Source of the DNA: Trypanosoma brucei
Taxonomy: Eukaryota
Length of the DNA: 64,000 nt
Assembly: GCA_000002445.1 (NCBI GenBank)
Contig: CP000070.1
Span: 704,001 to 768,000, forward strand
Direction of reading: 5' to 3'
The position numbers and the translations under genes were made by a program. How positions within the stretch are numbered: the first letter of the stretch is position 1; every line of letters starts with the position of its first letter. A model generated the notes under the pieces. That model was not told the origin of the DNA, did no database searches, and was given only the letters and a program-made list of their open reading frames with translations. This document shows, one piece after another, positions 61,163-64,000 of the stretch.

Positions 61163-63070
61163 ATGATTGACCCATTTCGCTCTTCTTTTAGTGGTAGCAC
61201 CCCCTTCAATGGTGGTGCTATAGATCAACTGCAACACATGCAGCAACCTGTGTTTTCGCTTCACTCGGAGCCACTTCCTCCGTTGGTTAGCAACGTGGGA
61301 GCTAGTCATAACGGCGGTGTTGAAGAAAATACAACGCTGCATATGACTGTCACGGAGGAGGTGGACGCGTTTGATGAAGGCCAGTTGGAGAAACTTCGTA
61401 GGACGCTGCAGTTGTTGGAGGGTATTTCGCAAGGGCGTCACGCTGTGGATTGGAAAGGCCTTATCAATCCTAGCAAACCAGTGGAGTCGGCCAAAAACGT
61501 GAGCTCGATGTTAGCTAGGCCCACAACCCTTCCTAGCGCCATTGAATGTGTTGCAAAATGTATCACAACACCGGAACATTTGTCTATTGTTGCCAAGCTC
61601 GACCAGCCTTTCAGGTCTCAGGTGCGGGACGCCGTGCTCCAAGAGCTCCTCAATACACTAACCACGGAACGGGATCCGCCACCAATGCCCGTCTGCTCAG
61701 AGATGCTAGCGGAAATGGTTCAGTTGAACCTTGTTGTTCTCCGGGGTGTATCGCGGACACTGGAGACGTTACTGAGTGATACAAACACGCGGCGAGCAGC
61801 AATTGCCGTCTTAGGGAAGTTGGCTGACCGTAGCCGCGGTGATGCCGTTTTTGCACGGGCTGTGCAGAACCTTGAGCCGTTAGTGCGAGCTATTAACGAT
61901 ACGGAGTATGAATACGACCGTGTAGCAATTGCCCGACTTCTAAGGTGGGGCGGATCGGAAAGGGAAGCATCACTGGTGCTGGAGAGGATCATAGCGTCGC
62001 AGCCGCAGCAATATCAGGTAACCTCTATGGCATATATTGGCCAACGCGACGAGCTTGCTTCTGCCACATGCGACGGGTCGGTTGTTATTTGGGGGAGCCC
62101 CAACGCCGTGAGTAAAGAGGTCCGCCCAGCGACAAGCATAGACCTACCACAGAACTATGTGCCTGTAGCATTGGAGGCTCCGCCGAATGGTAGCTACATG
62201 GTAGTTGCCGGCATGCCGATTTCTTTAGCCAGTCAACAGGCCATGATGAAGGCGAGTGGGAGCGGCATCAGTGGCCACAACTGGGAGAAGAGGCGACAAG
62301 CTTCACCAAGTCGGGTGAGGGCACCTCTTCTTCGCTTTCTCACTTGTAATGAGGGAACTGGGGTGTGGATGAGTGGCGACACCACAATGCGGAAAGAGAA
62401 TACCGCACTGACTGCGGCGGTTGCGCTACCAAATATGGTGGTATGCACTGCAGAGAGCTACCCATCCGAGCGATCGTCGGAAGCGGGCATACAGCACAAT
62501 CTAGTTTTACTCAACGGTTGCGCGCCTCAACCTCTAGGTGTTTTTGAAGGAGCTCACGAGGACTACATTACTGTGCTTCGTGTTGGCGATGAGAGCGGTC
62601 ATACGCTGTTCACTGGATCCCGCGACTGTGTGGTGAAAATGTGGGACATTCGGAGTAATTCGACTCGATCCGTCTTCTCTCTAGGATCTGCAACAGCTCC
62701 ACATGCCGAGATACCGCTTCACCGTCTAGAGAATGCCCACACTGATACCGTTACGTCAATTTTCCCCCATCGCAAAGTGCTGCTTACGGCTTCCCTAGAC
62801 GGAAATCTCCTCATGTGGGACATTCGGCAGTTGTGTGCGCCAGTGCATGAAATGCAGCTGCATTCACCCATCCTGGATGTTGCCCCTGCAAGTGGTGGAT
62901 TCATGGTGGTCTCGACTGCGCGGAGTCTCAACTTACTATCGCTAGAGACGCTAAAGTTTCATGACATTGTGCCGAATGTGTCGTACACCCAACTGCGCAC
63001 AAACTTTGATGGTCGGGTTATGTTTGGCGCGGGTGGTACCGGCGTTAGTGTGTATTCCGTGAGAGACTGA
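61163..63070 (+). CDS. WD40-repeat protein
   Basis: The C-terminal half has WD repeats (LFTGSRDCVVKMWDIRS, LLTASLDGNLLMWDIRQ, CDGSVVIWG). The N-terminal ~250 aa have no recognised motif. Confidence 0.55.
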   Translation: MIDPFRSSFSGSTPFNGGAIDQLQHMQQPVFSLHSEPLPPLVSNVGASHNGGVEENTTLHMTVTEEVDAFDEGQLEKLRRTLQLLEGISQGRHAVDWKGLINPSKPVESAKNVSSMLARPTTLPSAIECVAKCITTPEHLSIVAKLDQPFRSQVRDAVLQELLNTLTTERDPPPMPVCSEMLAEMVQLNLVVLRGVSRTLETLLSDTNTRRAAIAVLGKLADRSRGDAVFARAVQNLEPLVRAINDTEYEYDRVAIARLLRWGGSEREASLVLERIIASQPQQYQVTSMAYIGQRDELASATCDGSVVIWGSPNAVSKEVRPATSIDLPQNYVPVALEAPPNGSYMVVAGMPISLASQQAMMKASGSGISGHNWEKRRQASPSRVRAPLLRFLTCNEGTGVWMSGDTTMRKENTALTAAVALPNMVVCTAESYPSERSSEAGIQHNLVLLNGCAPQPLGVFEGAHEDYITVLRVGDESGHTLFTGSRDCVVKMWDIRSNSTRSVFSLGSATAPHAEIPLHRLENAHTDTVTSIFPHRKVLLTASLDGNLLMWDIRQLCAPVHEMQLHSPILDVAPASGGFMVVSTARSLNLLSLETLKFHDIVPNVSYTQLRTNFDGRVMFGAGGTGVSVYSVRD

Positions 63071-63700
63071 GGGAAGGAGACGCTTGTTCCCATTTCGTAA
63101 TTTACTCAATTTTCTTTTCCCCCTTTCCATGTTCGATCTGTTAGTAATTCCTCGTACCCTCTGTCTATTTCTTTCCTTTTAGTTTTCGCGCCGTTAGCCA
63201 CTCTTTTCAGCATTCTTACTCTTGCTCATCTTTACGTTCATTTATCCTTCACAGGGTGCGTGCTGCTGTTGTTGTTGTTATTTAGTTTGCACTGATGCCC
63301 CTCATCCATTCGAATCTGTGGATTGTTTGGTTAATTTGTTACTTTCTGTTTTCACTTTAAAAAAAAAAAACTATAATTATATATAAAAATGAATATTTAT
63401 TTAATTTAACGTTTGTGACGGGTGTTGTAAAGACGACGAGGAGAAAACAAAAGGTATATTGGTGGAGGAAATCAGTTATTAGGAAAACTATTAAATAAAA
63501 AGAAAGAGCAAAAAAATTAAAGAGGCTCATTATGTAGGAGGCACAAGAGAAACACGATGGTGCAATGGGAAGATCATGAACAGTTGTTTTGTGTGCTGAA
63601 GCATCACAGCGGATAAGGATGGATCAATCCCTCCCCTTCACTGGCAAAATGGGAGGGGGAGAAGGATGAATTGAGATGACACTCACTCTTTTTTTTTTAT

Positions 63701-63720
63701 GTGTGTGTGTGTGTGTGTGT
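63701..63720. repeat. (GT)10 microsatellite
   Basis: gtgtgtgtgtgtgtgtgtgt, preceded by T10. Confidence 0.9.
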
Positions 63721-64000
63721 TTGCTCGTGTTTTAAAGTGGGATTGTATGGCGTTATGGGTTACACACGTCTCTCCGCCACTTGTGCCTCAAAATATTGAA
63801 AGTTCACACGTCATTTCCCCCTAACCCTTTCTATATTTCTCCATAAGCGTGATGGAGGGGAAATGTGAAGTACTGAGGAAACTACTCGGTTCATTCCATT
63901 TTTTTTTCCATCTCCATTACTTCTCTCTTTGTTTTTCCCCGTCACACATTGCTGCCTTTATTTCCGTTTCTTCACTTCACTTTACTATATTATCGTGTCA

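Overview
This window is eukaryotic nuclear DNA from a trypanosomatid. It is most consistent with an African trypanosome (Trypanosoma brucei group) chromosome that carries the histone H2A tandem array. Support comes from 13 head-to-tail H2A units, kinetoplastid-type long unidirectional gene clusters without introns, and polypyrimidine/AG trans-splicing signals between genes. There are no bacterial, CRISPR or phage features. Layout: (i) at the left end, four genes on the minus strand: two tandem NADH-cytochrome b5 reductase paralogs, an eIF2D/ligatin-like PUA+SUI1 protein, and an LRR protein. (ii) An ORF-poor region of about 5.7 kb (7.2-12.9 kb) that behaves as a divergent strand-switch region, with GT-rich elements on each sense strand and oligo-G runs, plus a 2-3 kb stretch of multi-frame ORF debris. 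(iii) A long plus-strand polycistronic unit from 12.95 kb to the end of the window. It encodes a zinc-ribbon protein, a Ser/Thr kinase, an L22-like mitoribosomal protein, several hypothetical proteins, a 13-copy histone H2A array (909-910 bp period), a BCS1-like AAA ATPase, an EF-hand protein, a Dicer/RIG-I-type DExH helicase, a kinesin, an NPR2/NPRL2-like protein and a WD40 protein. (iv) A 3.9 kb direct segmental duplication at >99% identity (44357-48243 and 57034-60909), carrying a Frm2/Hbn1-type nitroreductase-like gene and a 312-aa hypothetical gene, brackets the kinesin and NPRL2-like genes. All product calls rest on motifs read by eye from the translations; no database search was possible.
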